This document shows, piece after piece, positions 1-11,492 of a DNA stretch of 64,000 nt. Position numbers and translations under genes: made by a program. This DNA comes from Basidiobolus meristosporus CBS 931.73 (Eukaryota; Fungi; Basidiobolomycota), in assembly GCA_002104905.1 (NCBI GenBank), contig MCFE01000076.1:1-64000 (forward strand). The letters run 5' to 3'. Every line of letters begins with the position of its first letter. Position 1 is the stretch's first letter. The notes beneath the pieces were generated by a model, which was given only the letters and a program-made list of their open reading frames with translations, was not told where the DNA came from and searched no databases.

Positions 1-1573
1 ATGGAGAACTTGACAAGGACGTGTATATGGACCAGCCTGATGGGTTTGTTGGCCAAGATAACCCCCATTTGGTCTGTAAGCTTAAAAAATCACTATATGG
101 TCTCAGATAATTACCAAGAGCCTGGATTTGCAAGATAGATTCTTATTTGGAATCCGTGAGTTTCAAAAGAAGTAATGCTGACTATAGTATATACTATAAG
201 CCAGGTAGAGCAAATCCAGTTCTATTAGCACTATATGTGGATGATCTTATCATAGCTGCCAATAACCTAGTAACATTGGAAGAGACTAAATCCAGCCTTT
301 CTAAGGAGTTCAAGATGTCTGATCTAGGAGAACTTAGTTACTACTTAGGGATTAAGTTTTCCATAGACAGAAGTACCCAGACTATCACCCTAAGTCAGTC
401 CAAGTATACTCAAGATATACTAAATAAGTACAAAATGGAAGACTGTAAACTGGCAGCTACCCCAATGGAGACAAACCTTAACTTGGTCAAAACTCAACCA
501 AATCAAGAGAGCTTGGTGCCATCTGAAAGCCCTGACTTTCCTTATCAATCTATGGTTGGTAGTCTGATGTATATCATGCTTGGAACATGTCCTGATATCT
601 CATATTCAGTGGGAGTTGTCAGCCAACATAATCAGAACTATGGATCTGATTATATTGCAGCAGTTAAGCAGATTTTTAGATACCTAAAAGGAACTGCTGA
701 TATCTGCTTAAGATACTTTTATAAGGATTCAGAACAGGATCTTGTGGGATACTCTGATGCTGATTGGGGACAAAATTTAGAAGACAGAAGATCCACCACA
801 GGATACACCTTTCTTTACTGTAAAGGAGCAATTTCATGGAACTCAAGAAAGCAACCAACTGTAGCACTTTCCACCACAGAGGCAGAGTATATGGCAGCCT
901 GTGAAGCTACAAAAGAAGCAATGTGTTTAAGAAAGCTCTTTACAGATTTAGGCCTATGTCAAAAAACACCTATTACTTTAATTCAAGATAATCAAGGATG
1001 TATACAATTAGGTAGAAATCCAACTTTTCATGCTAGAACCAAGCACATAGATATTAGACATCATTTCATACGTGAAGCTATAGATAATAACTTAGTTAGC
1101 TTAGTTTACTGTCCTACAGATGAAATGATTGCAGACATATTTACCAAACCATTAGCTAGAGACAAGTTTGAATATCTTAGGTCAAAATTAGGACTAGTTG
1201 GTATGAACATTTAGCTGAGTGGGAGTGTTGTAAAAATTTGTAATCCACCTAAATATTCACCTAACCTAGTCACTTAGATCATTACCCTCAAATCCTAGAG
1301 AATACTGACCAAATTCCTTGTTGGGATTTACTTAGAATACTTTCACCAAAAAACCAGGTACCCAGAACATGAAAATTCTCAAAGTTGTCCAAACAGCCCC
1401 AAACTTTGCACACATGTTCTTGGGACCTTCTTTAACCTATTTTACATGTTTGTAATGCCAAGAACAGGTAAAAGTATAAATACTACTTTTACATTCAATA
1501 AATCATTTGGTGAAAACCACATAATCTACTTGTTCTCCCAATCACTTCCAATATCTCCAAAACTCTTACAACA
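1..1573 (+). mobile_element. Ty1/copia LTR retrotransposon, copy 1: 3' part (RT, RNase H, PPT, 3' LTR); 5' part lies outside the window
   Basis: ORF 147-1214 has LALYVDDLII (RT) and GYSDADW...KHIDIRHHFIRE...IADIFTKPL (copia RNase H). PPT GCTGAGTGGGAG precedes an LTR at 1226-1573 (TGTTG...CAACA). An in-frame TAA near 107 suggests it is defective. Confidence 0.97.
1226..1573 (+). repeat. 3' LTR of copia copy 1 (348 bp)
   Basis: TGTTG...CAACA termini; homologous to LTRs at 4262, 8597 and 49743; followed by GAATG. Confidence 0.95.
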
Positions 1574-3040
1574 GAATGGTCCTTTGCCAATTTTCTGCCA
1601 CTGTACAAGGGTAAAGGAAAGCACCTGGACCCCAGCTCCTACAGGCCAATACCTCTGCTGCCCACCTGCAGAAAGGTGTTTGAGCTTCTGATTGCTCAGG
1701 AGCTCTACTCTGACTCCCTCAAGTTTCACCCTGCACAGTTTGGCTTTGTTCCCAGCCTCTCCTTGGAATATGCAGTCATACTGGGTCAAGATCACTCTCT
1801 ATAGTGCCAGTATCCCTCTTTTCTGTTTGATATTACTAAGGCCTTTGATTCAGTTGACAGAAATCTGCTATGGTCCATGCTGCAATACTTCTCCAGTACC
1901 TCCCTCACCCTCCTTGTCAGCTCTCTTTTTCTGGATCCACCAGCAAGAATTCTGCACCCAAGTGAGCAATCAGCTGTGTTCTCAGCTCCTAATGGAGTGG
2001 TTCAAGGCTCTGTGCTTGGTCCTACACTGTTTGCCATCTTCCTGAATGACTTCCTAGGACTCTCAGCTAACTGTCTGGTTACCCTCTTTGCTGATGACAT
2101 CAGAATATCCTCTTCCAATGTGCAACAACACTCCCAGGTCATCCACCAGTAGCTGCAGAAGAATAATCTCCAGCTTTTGATTGCAAAGACAGTACCTTTG
2201 GGTTGTCCTATCAACTTAGATAACTGCACTCTACCTGCTCAAGTTGTTGCTACATTTCTTGGCTTTCCTTTCCTTCCTACTGGACTAGACTCTGGATCAC
2301 ACCTGAAGAAGAGAATTTTCCTGGCCAGACGGGCACTCCACAAGCTACTGGCTGTTACTCCTCCTGCCACTTCAGCTCCCAGCTGCCTCCTTCTACTGAA
2401 GCAGTTTGTCATCCCTATCCTGAAATTTGGCTTACCACTTCTCTCTCTTACTTCTAGAGACTGCGCTAAGCTTGACAAGTTTGCAGTCTGGTGCATTACC
2501 TCACTGGTGCCTCATCTGCCTGAATTCCCCTACAGACATGCTATTCTTGGTGCTGTTGGGCTTATGCCCTATAAGATCCGACTACTCTACCTTAGAACTA
2601 GATTATAACTCAGACTTCACCACTGCAACAACCCACTGATCAAGGTCTGGAAGAGAACACACCACACTACACCTGGCTCCTGATGGAGAACTATACTTGG
2701 AGATCCTGAAGTCAAGAACTTTGCTCATTATATTCTGCAGCCAGAAAAACCCAAGCTGGCCTACCTGAAGTACTTGACAGACCTTTGGCAGCGATATCTG
2801 AAGCAGCACACTGCCTTTATGATGAGTATCAATCCTTATCACATTCCCCTTATCAATGTTGTTCACAAATCATTCTTGCCTCTCCTGCTACCCCCCTTCC
2901 CACTGAACAATGACTTGAGTACAGAAGTACTATCACCTCTCTGTATTAACTTACCTACAAATTCCCCTCAGCTACACACTCTTGGATCAAAGCTACAAAG
3001 GTAGTCCTGGCTTCTTTGTTTCAACTGAAATAAAGATTTC
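1574..3040 (+). mobile_element. Degenerate non-LTR (LINE-like) retrotransposon RT, interrupted on the left by copia copy 1
   Basis: Frame-broken motifs LPLYKGKGKHLDPSSYRPIPLLPTCRKVFE (about 1590-1685), QGSVLGPTLFAIFLND and LFADD (about 2000-2100); AATAAA near 3029. The right boundary is approximate. Confidence 0.85.
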
Positions 3041-4622
3041 ACCTCTTGGTGACTGTCTCCCCCCTGCTCCCACTTGAACTACATCAGTTAAGTGATTTGG
3101 ATCCACAAAAATGATGTAGAGTGGTCATATTTGTCTTCCTTATGTAGCAATGACTTTCTTTGGACTGATTACTTCATTTGTGGTATATTCAAAGTCTATT
3201 TGCTTCATGATTTACCCAGTTTGGTATCAGAAAGTACCATTGGTTGTTTGGTAGCTATTTTCAGAGAGCTCTTACTGATTTGGATTGACACAGCTGCTTT
3301 TGTCTTATCAGAATACACTTGGAAGTAGATACTGGCACTTTTCCAGAAGTGAGATTCTTCTTAACAGGGGCTTTGATTATCCTTATTCTCCTGATAGTTA
3401 TTTTCAACCTTGAGCTTGGTTTGCAAGGCTAACTGATTGTCTAAGTGTCTTCAGAATCCATAAAAGCCATCTGGTTGATCCTTGCACCTTTTTCTTTCAG
3501 ATTCATAGACAGCAGACATCAAGACTTCTGCATTAAATAATCTACTCTGATATATACTACAGTATCTAACAGATCCTGTTGAAGTTTCAAGGCTCATCTG
3601 GGGTTTCTGGCTTGAGAGCTTTGTACAAGAGGCTCCATGGAACATATCTGCATTGCCAGATAGTCCAAATATAGCCAACATAGGCTTTGGTTCCATTTAG
3701 GAAATACCCTATTTTGAGGTAGTAGTATTTTCCCATTTTTCTTCTTTTTCTTTTTCTGCTGATGATCTAAGGGAAATTCCTTTTGTGGGATGGTTCTAGA
3801 CTTCCTTACAGGTAGGACTATGGTGTGTTTGAGCATGGAAGACCTCATGACATCATTTGTCCAGAGTATTTGACTACTGGAGAGTAATATAGTCAAAATT
3901 GGCATCCACTTGGATCCATTATAACTTTTGATAGAGTTGTCCAAATTTGGTCAAATAACCTGCATTTGCAAGCTGGTTTCATCAGTGCTTTGGTATCAGA
4001 CTCCAATATATCAGCTTTTTGAGTTACAGAGCTTGGCATTGACTTGATCAATCACAATTCTTCTGATCTGATCCAGAAAATTAAATGGCACTAAGTGTTT
4101 TCTCCCACTGTGATAAGTGATATATATATATAACAAGTATAAAGTACTACATTATCTTCTGAGTGGCTTGCAGTTTGTATACTAGCCAACTGTTGCTTGG
4201 TTGTATACTCCAATCAGGCTGGCAATCATTTGCTTCACTCTCTCTGGCTGGTGGTAGAATCTGTTGTAAGAGTCTTGGAGATATTGGAAGTGATTGGGAG
4301 AACAAGTAGATTATGTGGTTTTCACTTAATGATTTATTGAATGTAAAAGTAGTATTTATACTTTTGCATGGTCTTGGCATTACAAACACGTAGAATAGGT
4401 TAAGGAAGGTCCCAAAAACATGTGTGCAAAGTTTGGGGCTGTTTGGACAACTTTGAGAATTTTCATGTTCTGGGTACCTGGTATTTTGGTGAAAATATTC
4501 TAAGTAAATCCCGACAAGGAATTTGGTCAGTATTCTCTAGGATTTGAAGGTGATGATCTAAGTGACTAAGTTAGGTGAATATTTAGGTGGAAATACGAAT
4601 TTTTTACAACACTCCCACTCTG

Positions 4623-6448
4623 CTAAATGTTCATACTGACTAGTCCTAATTTTGACCTAAAATATTCAAACTTGTCTCTAGCTAATGGTTTGGTAAATAT
4701 GTCTGCAATCATTTCATCTGTAGGGCAGTAAACTAAGCTAACTAAGTTATTCTCTATAGCTTCACGTATGAAATGATGTCTAATATCTATGTGCTTGGTT
4801 CTAGCATGAAAAGTTGGATTTCTACCTAATTGTATACATCCTTGATTATCTTGAATTAAAGTAATAGGTGTTTTTTGACATAGGCCTAAATCTGTAAAGA
4901 GCTTTCTTAACCACATTGCTTCTTTTGTAGCTCACAGGCTGCCATATACTCTGCCTCTGTAGTAGAAAGTGCTACGGTTGGTTGCTTTCTTGAATTCCAT
5001 GAAATGGCTCCTTTACAGTAAAGAAAGGTGTATCCTGTGGTGGATCTTCTGTCTTCTAAATTTCGTCCCCAATCAGCATCAGAGTATCCCACAAGATCCT
5101 GTTCTGAATCCTTATAAGTGTATCTTAAGCAGATATCAGCAGTTCCTTTTAGGTATCTAAAAATCCGCTTAACTGCTGCAATATGATCAGATCCATAATT
5201 CTGATTATGTTGGCTGACAACTCCCACTGAATATGAGATATCTGGACGTGTTCCAAGCATGATATACATCAGACTGCCGACCATAGATTGATAAGGAAAG
5301 TCAGGGCTTTCAGATGGCATCAAGCTCTCTTGATTTGGTTGAGTTTTGACCAAGTTAAGGTTTGTCTCCATTGGGGTAGCTGCCGGTTTACAGTCTTCCA
5401 TTTTGTACTTCTTTAGTATATCTTGAATATACTTGGATTGACTTAGGGTAATAGTCTGGGTACTTCTGTCTATGGAGAACTTAATCCCTAAGTAGTAACT
5501 AAGTTCTCCTAGATCGGACATCTTGAACTCCTTAGATAGGCTGGATTTAGTCTCTTCCAATGTTTCTAGATTATTGGCGGCTATAATAAGATCATCCACA
5601 TATAGAGCTAATAGAACTGGATTTGCTCTATCTGGCTTATAGTATATACTAGAGTCAGCATTACTCCTTTTGAAACTCAAAGATTCCAAATAAGAATCTA
5701 TCTTGCAATTCCAGGCTCTTATTGATTGTTTGAGACCATATAGTGACTTTTTAAGCTTGCAGACCAAATGGGGGTTATCTTGGTCAACAAACCCATTAGG
5801 CTGGTCCATATACATGTCCTCCTCAAGTTCTCCATTCAAAAATGCAGTTTTTACATCCATTTGATGAATAAAAAACTTATATTTGGCTGCAATAGCCAAT
5901 ATTAATCTGATGGAATTAAACTTGGCTACCGGTGCAAAGGTCTCAGTATAGTCAAGTCCTTTTGTTTGAGAGTATCCTTTGGCTACAAGTCTTGCTTTGT
6001 ATCTTTCAATTGTACCATCAGCCTTGTATTTTGTCTTGAAGACCCATCTGCATCCAATTGATTTTCGGTTGATTGGTAATTTGACTAAGTCCCAAGTTTG
6101 ATTTTCCATCAGGGCCTGATATTCCTCAGTCATTGCAGATCTCCAAAACTTTGTCTGAGGGCTGTTTAGGGCCTCTTTTACAGTCTGGGGTTCATCAATA
6201 TGGACTGAATAGGCATAGGCTAAGTTTGTACCCTCATTAATATAGTAATTTGGGCTATTTCTTGTCCGATTTGATCTCCAGGCATTTGATACTGGAATGA
6301 TCACTTCTGGGATATTCCTGGGCACTGATTCTGGCTGAATCACGGTTGTAGAGTCCTCTGGAGTGAAAAAATTTTCATTGTTTTGCTCTGATTCAATCCT
6401 GACAATTGGTGGACTTGAGATCAAATTTTCGTCATCATCTGATGTCAT
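4623..6448 (-). pseudogene. Copia RT-RNase H, broken by a 1-nt deletion near 4933
   Basis: KARLVAKG, HQMDVKTAFL, YVDD, GYSDADW. Copy 1 reads TGTGAAGCT where copy 2 reads TGTGAGCT. Confidence 0.92.
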
Positions 6449-6462
6449 TTTTTGTGAAAATT

Positions 6463-8594
6463 TTAAATTTCATCAAACAATACATCCCTGGACTTGATAA
6501 GCTTCTTTGCTTCGGTATTGTAGAGTCTGTATGCCTTACTCTCATTGCAGTAGCCCAAAAATATGCATTTTACACTTTTTGGCTCAAATTTTGACTGATT
6601 TCCGGCCAGTTTTTTGGCATATGCTGTACACCCAAATATTCTTAGATGTTCTGCACTTGGTCTGTATCCATACCATGCTTCAGATGGAGTAGAATCACGA
6701 AGTATTCTGTTATAACTCCTATTTTTAAGATATACAGCAGTGGCAACTGATTCCGCCCAAAAATCATAGGATAATTTTTGATCATGGATCATAGATCTTG
6801 CCATATCATTTATTGATCTGTTAGCTCGTTCTGCTACTCCATTTTGCTGTGGGGAGTATGGTACAGTAGTCTCTTGCTTTATCCCATGAATTTTGCAGAA
6901 GTGGGTGAAGAGTTTTGAGGTATATTCTCCACCATTGTCAGAGCGTATTTTCTTGATTTTTTCACCAGTTTCTCTCTCCACCATGGCTTTAAACTCCCTG
7001 AGCTTAGACAGAGCTTCTTCCTTTCTCTCCATGAAGTAGACCCATGTGTATCTTGTATAATCATCAATAAAAGTGATTAAATACTTCATCCCGCCTAAGG
7101 ATAAATTTTGCATAGGTCCACACAGATCTGAGTGAATTAGATCTAATTTTTTCTTAGTTTTGAGTAACCCAGAGCTCTTGAACGGTTGTCTGGCTTGTTT
7201 CCCATATATGCAGGCTTCACAGTGCTCCAAATTAGCTGGGGGATCAATTTTCACTCCAGAAATTAGCTGATCTTTGATCATTTTGCGCAAATAATCAAAA
7301 TTGATGTGTCCAAATCTCCTGTGCCAAAGCATTGGTGTTTCTTCATTTAAGTTACTTATATTGGCTTCCAAATATGATGGAATATAAGTCAACTTGTATA
7401 GATTCTGATCTCTGATGCCCAAAGCAATATGAGCACCATTTTGATCAGTGATCCTGCATCCAGAATTGTCAAAACTGAAACTGAGTCCTTCTGCTGTGGC
7501 CATGCTTACAGAGAGTAGGTTCTTGGCTATTTCTGGTACATAGAGTACTTCTTTAAAGGTCAGTGTATGGCTTCCTTCACTGCTTCTAAGGTTTACTTGG
7601 ATAGTTCCTTCTCCCACTGCATCAAGTGTTCTATCGTCACCCATGAAAACCTTCTTAATTGGAATTTCTTGATATTGGGTAAAAAGTTCTTTTTGGTGTG
7701 TAAAGTGTTGAGAAGCTCCAGAGTCAGTATACCACGTCTGAGAATCCTTGTTTGTGGTCATATTTAGTGCAGATATGAATAGTCTATCTTCAGTTGTTGC
7801 AGCATTTCCATATTCAGGCTTCTTTTGCTGATAATCTCTCTTTTTGAAACACCGGTCTGATGTGTGTCCTTTCCTTTTGCAGTAGTTGCAAAATAGGTTG
7901 TTGTTGCCTTTGTAGGGTCTTGGGTACCTCCTTTGTTGGTTATCATTGCTTATTAAAGCATTTTCTTCTTCCTTCTTATTGGCGCTTGATTTTCTTAATT
8001 CTTCATCCAGGAGCCTTCCATATACGTAATTTAAGGTCAAATCTTCAGTTCTGGACTCTAGGGCTGATACAAGGCCCTGAAGCTCGTCTGTCAGGCTATT
8101 CAGGATGGTAACTATCACATCCTCATCAGTAGTTGGTACGCCCACAGATTCCATCTCATCTACCAGCAGGGTAATTCTGTTAATTAGATTTTTCATTTCT
8201 TCTCCTGGCAGCATATTTGTAGTAAAGAATTTTCTTCTCAGATACACTTTCTTGGCAGCTGAACATGACTGGTAGGTGTCTTCTAATGCCTTCCAGGCAT
8301 TCTTTGCCGTTTTTGCTCTTGAGCATTGAATTAGCAATTTGTCCTTGACATTAAGGCAAATGCAGTTAAAGGCACTTTGTTCTTTCTTCTGGTACTTTAA
8401 GGCTTCCTCTCCCACGTTTTTAGGAGGGCATTCTTCTCCCATGACAATATCCCAAAGGCCTCTTTCTTGTAGCAGCATCTTCATCTTCACCTTCCACACT
8501 TGGTAGTTAGAGCCATCCAACTTTTCAGCAGAGGGGAAAATTCCAGTAATAGCAGTAGTAGACATTGCAGAGAGTGACAGCTCGGGGCTCATAA
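6463..8594 (-). CDS. Copia gag-protease-integrase; ATG lies inside the PBS; frame breaks near 6465
   Basis: CNYCKRKGHTSDRC knuckle, WYTDSGASQH, LWHRRFGH...CEAC, HSDLCGP, RSDNGGEY, PQQNGVAER. The ORF-track start at 8724 lies in the LTR and is not the likely start. Confidence 0.9.
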
Positions 8595-8596
8595 CC
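8585..8596 (-). promoter_or_regulatory. Primer binding site GGTTATGAGCCC (half-tRNA-iMet type, as in Ty5 and copia)
   Basis: Directly abuts the 5' LTR; complementary to GGGCUCAUAACC in the anticodon arm of fungal initiator tRNA-Met. Confidence 0.9.
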
Positions 8597-9736
8597 TGTT
8601 GTAAGAGTCTTGGAGATATTGGAAGTGATTGGGAGAACAAGTAGATTATGTGGTTTTCACTTAATGATTTATTGAATGTAAAAGTAGTATTTATACTTTT
8701 ACATGGTCTTGGCATTACAAACACGTAGAATAGGTTAAGGAAGGTCCCAAAAACATGTGTGCAAAGTTTGGGGCTGTTTGGACAACTTTGAGAATTTTCA
8801 TGTTCTGGGTACCTGGTATTTTGGTGAAAATATTGTAAGTAAATCCTGACAAGGAATTTGGTCAGTATTCTCTAGGATTTGAAGGTGATGATCTAAGTGA
8901 CTAAGTTAGGTGAATATTTAGGTGGAAATACAAATTTTTTACAACAGAATCTACTTGAGTTGATTTTGCTAAATTTGTATAAAACTTTCTCCCACTGTCT
9001 TGAGACTTAAACAGAGTGATAGCATGTCTAACAGCTCCATATTTGGCTCCTGGTACATTAGCTTCAGTATCAAAACACTTGATACAAATATAGCATTCTT
9101 CCATTGGATTGTGTAGTTCATATCCATACTCCAGGTGGATATATTGTATTATATATCATCAGGATCCTTACAACTCAAGGAGCTTGTTTCTGAGATCTTT
9201 TTCCAGTAATTGGTAGTCCAAAATTGTGGTTAACAGCTCCAGTATTTGCATTCTCAGCCTTATTTTGAGTGGCCACAGATTTGGTGAAATCTTCCTCCAG
9301 CAATCATTCAATGATGATGTATTTTTTTTTGCAATTCAGGATAATATCCTATCCAAAAGCTTGTCTGACAGTCAATTGAGGTCATTTGAATACATATAGC
9401 AATATATTTCATTGTAGATCTGGACCCTCAATTGCTGGAATTACGCAATTTTCTTCAGTAGTGGTAGAGCACCAACATACTATATTTCTTGACATATTTA
9501 CATGTCAACTTGATAGACTCTCCTTCATAACCAGCTTGAGTAGTTACCAAATGAGTCTTTTGAAGGCACAGCCTTTTTCTCCACAGCAATATCCTCATGA
9601 ACATAGTCCTTGTAGCAGTGGTAGTCATCTTTAACTTTTGCAGGGCAATAGTATGGAAAGTCTTTCTCCAGACTAGCAGAAAAGGATCCAAGGCAAAGTA
9701 GACACCAAGAGAACAGCAAGCTTAGGGCTCCTAACC

Positions 9737-10085
9737 TGTTGTAATATTCTGAGGAGTATTGGAAGTGATGTAGCGAACTAGAGGATTTACATGTTATTCA
9801 CTTGTAGATTTATTGATCAAAAGTATGGTATTTATACTTTTGATAAAGTAGAGCAAACCAATGTCTATAGTTTGTTAAGGAAGGTCCCAAGAATATGTGT
9901 GCAAAGTTTGGGGGCTTTTGGACAACTTTGAGAAAGATCACAATCAGGGTACCTGATAATTTGGTGAAAATATTCTAAGTAAATCCCAACAAGAAATTTG
10001 GTCAGGACAGAATGCTAATCAAAGAATAAGATCTATGTGACTAAGTTAGCATGAATATTTTGGTGACAACTTAATAATTACAACA
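9737..10085 (-). repeat. Diverged copia-family 5' LTR (349 bp) with variant PBS GGTTAGGAGCCC
   Basis: TG...CA termini; shared blocks GGAAGTGA, AAGGAAGGTCCCAA, GTGCAAAGTTTGGG, TTGGTGAAAATATT; PBS at 9725-9736; no clear gag follows. Confidence 0.88.
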
Positions 10086-10226
10086 GTTATGATATACTTT
10101 TCATTAGTTTTACAAAGCCTCCCTAAAAGTATAAATACTTGATTTGAACTCAATAAAACAAGCAAATATCATGCAATTCTTCTAGTTCCCCAAATCACTT
10201 CCAATACTCCCTGGAATTTTGCAACA
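10086..10226 (+). repeat. 3' half of an older, related copia LTR
   Basis: AAAAGTATAAATAC TATA block, AATAAA, and AAATCACTTCCAATA...GCAACA end matching the family LTR end. Confidence 0.65.
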
Positions 10227-10442
10227 ATGTATGTACTAATGTATTAATACTGGAAAATCAAAGGAATCAGTTGGAATTGGCAAGCTCCAGTGAATTACAA
10301 CCCTAAGGGCAATGCTACCCATGAAACAAAAGTGACAACACTAAAATTACAGTATTCCCACTCCACAATAAACATTCATTTGACTGGTCATACAAAACAT
10401 AAAAAATTTAACTTCTATTTACACAATATCTGGTAATTACAT

Positions 10443-11492
10443 CTAAATATCTTTACATTCAACTAGTAAGTAAAACGGATCGATGGGCTTTTGATCTCTT
10501 TGTTCCGACTTCTCCTGGCATCTAAGCTCTTTTCTTTTGCTGCGTTCCTCTTTTTTCTTTAATCGTCTAGCTGTCCGCAATTCCCGATACGAAGCGTTCT
10601 CATGAATAGCCGGTTCTTCCTCTGAAGCAGACGATGAGCTCCGGTCGTCGGAAAGTGTCATTCCACCCAGTCTTCTCTCACCCTGCCACAGCGTGATATG
10701 GACACCTCGCATATTAAAGAAGCAGTAGTTCCACATATTAATCTTTGTTGCCACCTTATTGATATTTCCCGATTTCATTCTTTTCTCTATGGCACGTGAG
10801 ATCAGAAACCCAGGAGAGCCTATGTGCTTTGTAAATGGTAAAACTGCAATAGCCACCTTCTGAGTTCTAGAGAGTCGACCACCAATTGCCAAATCGGCAA
10901 TAAATAAAGCCCAATCCGATTCAAGTATGTCGCGGGCTAGCATGTGGTGAGGTATTGGATATTGGCTGGGAAATTCCTTCAGGAACTCTCTACTTTTGCA
11001 TGGCACTTTAAATGCCCGGAAAGGCTCAGAAGGAGGGGCCTGGATTTGTGGTGGTCTGGCGAAACAATAAGGCTGATCTAGAGACTTTCCATCTTGAACG
11101 AAGCTACCATCTCCATAACTCTCAGTAGTCGTAGGGTGGCCAACATTTACCATTGCCCGTTGCTGAGGATAACTCATCTGCGCGCTTGCATCTGCTTGTT
11201 CTTCAGCAAATGCATAACAAGACGATTCTGGAGAAAATGGGCTACAATGATTGTGTGGGTGGGCATCAAGAGTTGCCATCTGCTGAGATACTGGGGTAGG
11301 TGATGTCGGCGTCAGTGGTGGTTGGGATGGTGCCTCTGAATATGGTGGAGGCGTTCGAGGCTCCGACTCCATCGAAATTTGGGGGATTTTTGACATCACA
11401 CGATATAGGAGACACCAAGAGTTTGCGGGAAGGATCAGCTGCAAGCAATATATACAACACGGCCATGGATGATATTTTACCCTGAAGTCCAT
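10443..11492 (-). CDS. Hypothetical protein with PPPY motif; start may be Met33 at 11396
   Basis: 349-aa intronless ORF with low-complexity N-terminus (RTPPPYSE), a structured core (DILESDWALFIADL...WNYCFFNMRGVHITLWQG) and a charged tail. TATA-like CTATATAG near 11554. Confidence 0.75.
   Translation of the reverse strand: MDFRVKYHPWPCCIYCLQLILPANSWCLLYRVMSKIPQISMESEPRTPPPYSEAPSQPPLTPTSPTPVSQQMATLDAHPHNHCSPFSPESSCYAFAEEQADASAQMSYPQQRAMVNVGHPTTTESYGDGSFVQDGKSLDQPYCFARPPQIQAPPSEPFRAFKVPCKSREFLKEFPSQYPIPHHMLARDILESDWALFIADLAIGGRLSRTQKVAIAVLPFTKHIGSPGFLISRAIEKRMKSGNINKVATKINMWNYCFFNMRGVHITLWQGERRLGGMTLSDDRSSSSASEEEPAIHENASYRELRTARRLKKKEERSKRKELRCQEKSEQRDQKPIDPFYLLVECKDI

Larger units (their letters stand above)
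4262..8946 (-). mobile_element. Near-intact Ty1/copia element, copy 2 (4685 bp), with 5-bp TSD GAATC
   Basis: LTRs 8597-8946 and 4262-4611 (350 bp each, 4 differences). GAATC at 4257-4261 and 8947-8951. PBS GGTTATGAGCCC; PPT at 4612-4623. Domain order is gag (CX2CX4HX4C), protease (YTDSGAS), GAG-pre-integrase, rve, RT, RNase H. Confidence 0.98.

Noticed and set aside
1446-8724. ORFs beginning MFVMPR... (1446+, 4147-, and the 5' extension of 6463-8724)
   Set aside because: They are the same frame running through each LTR copy and are not independent genes.
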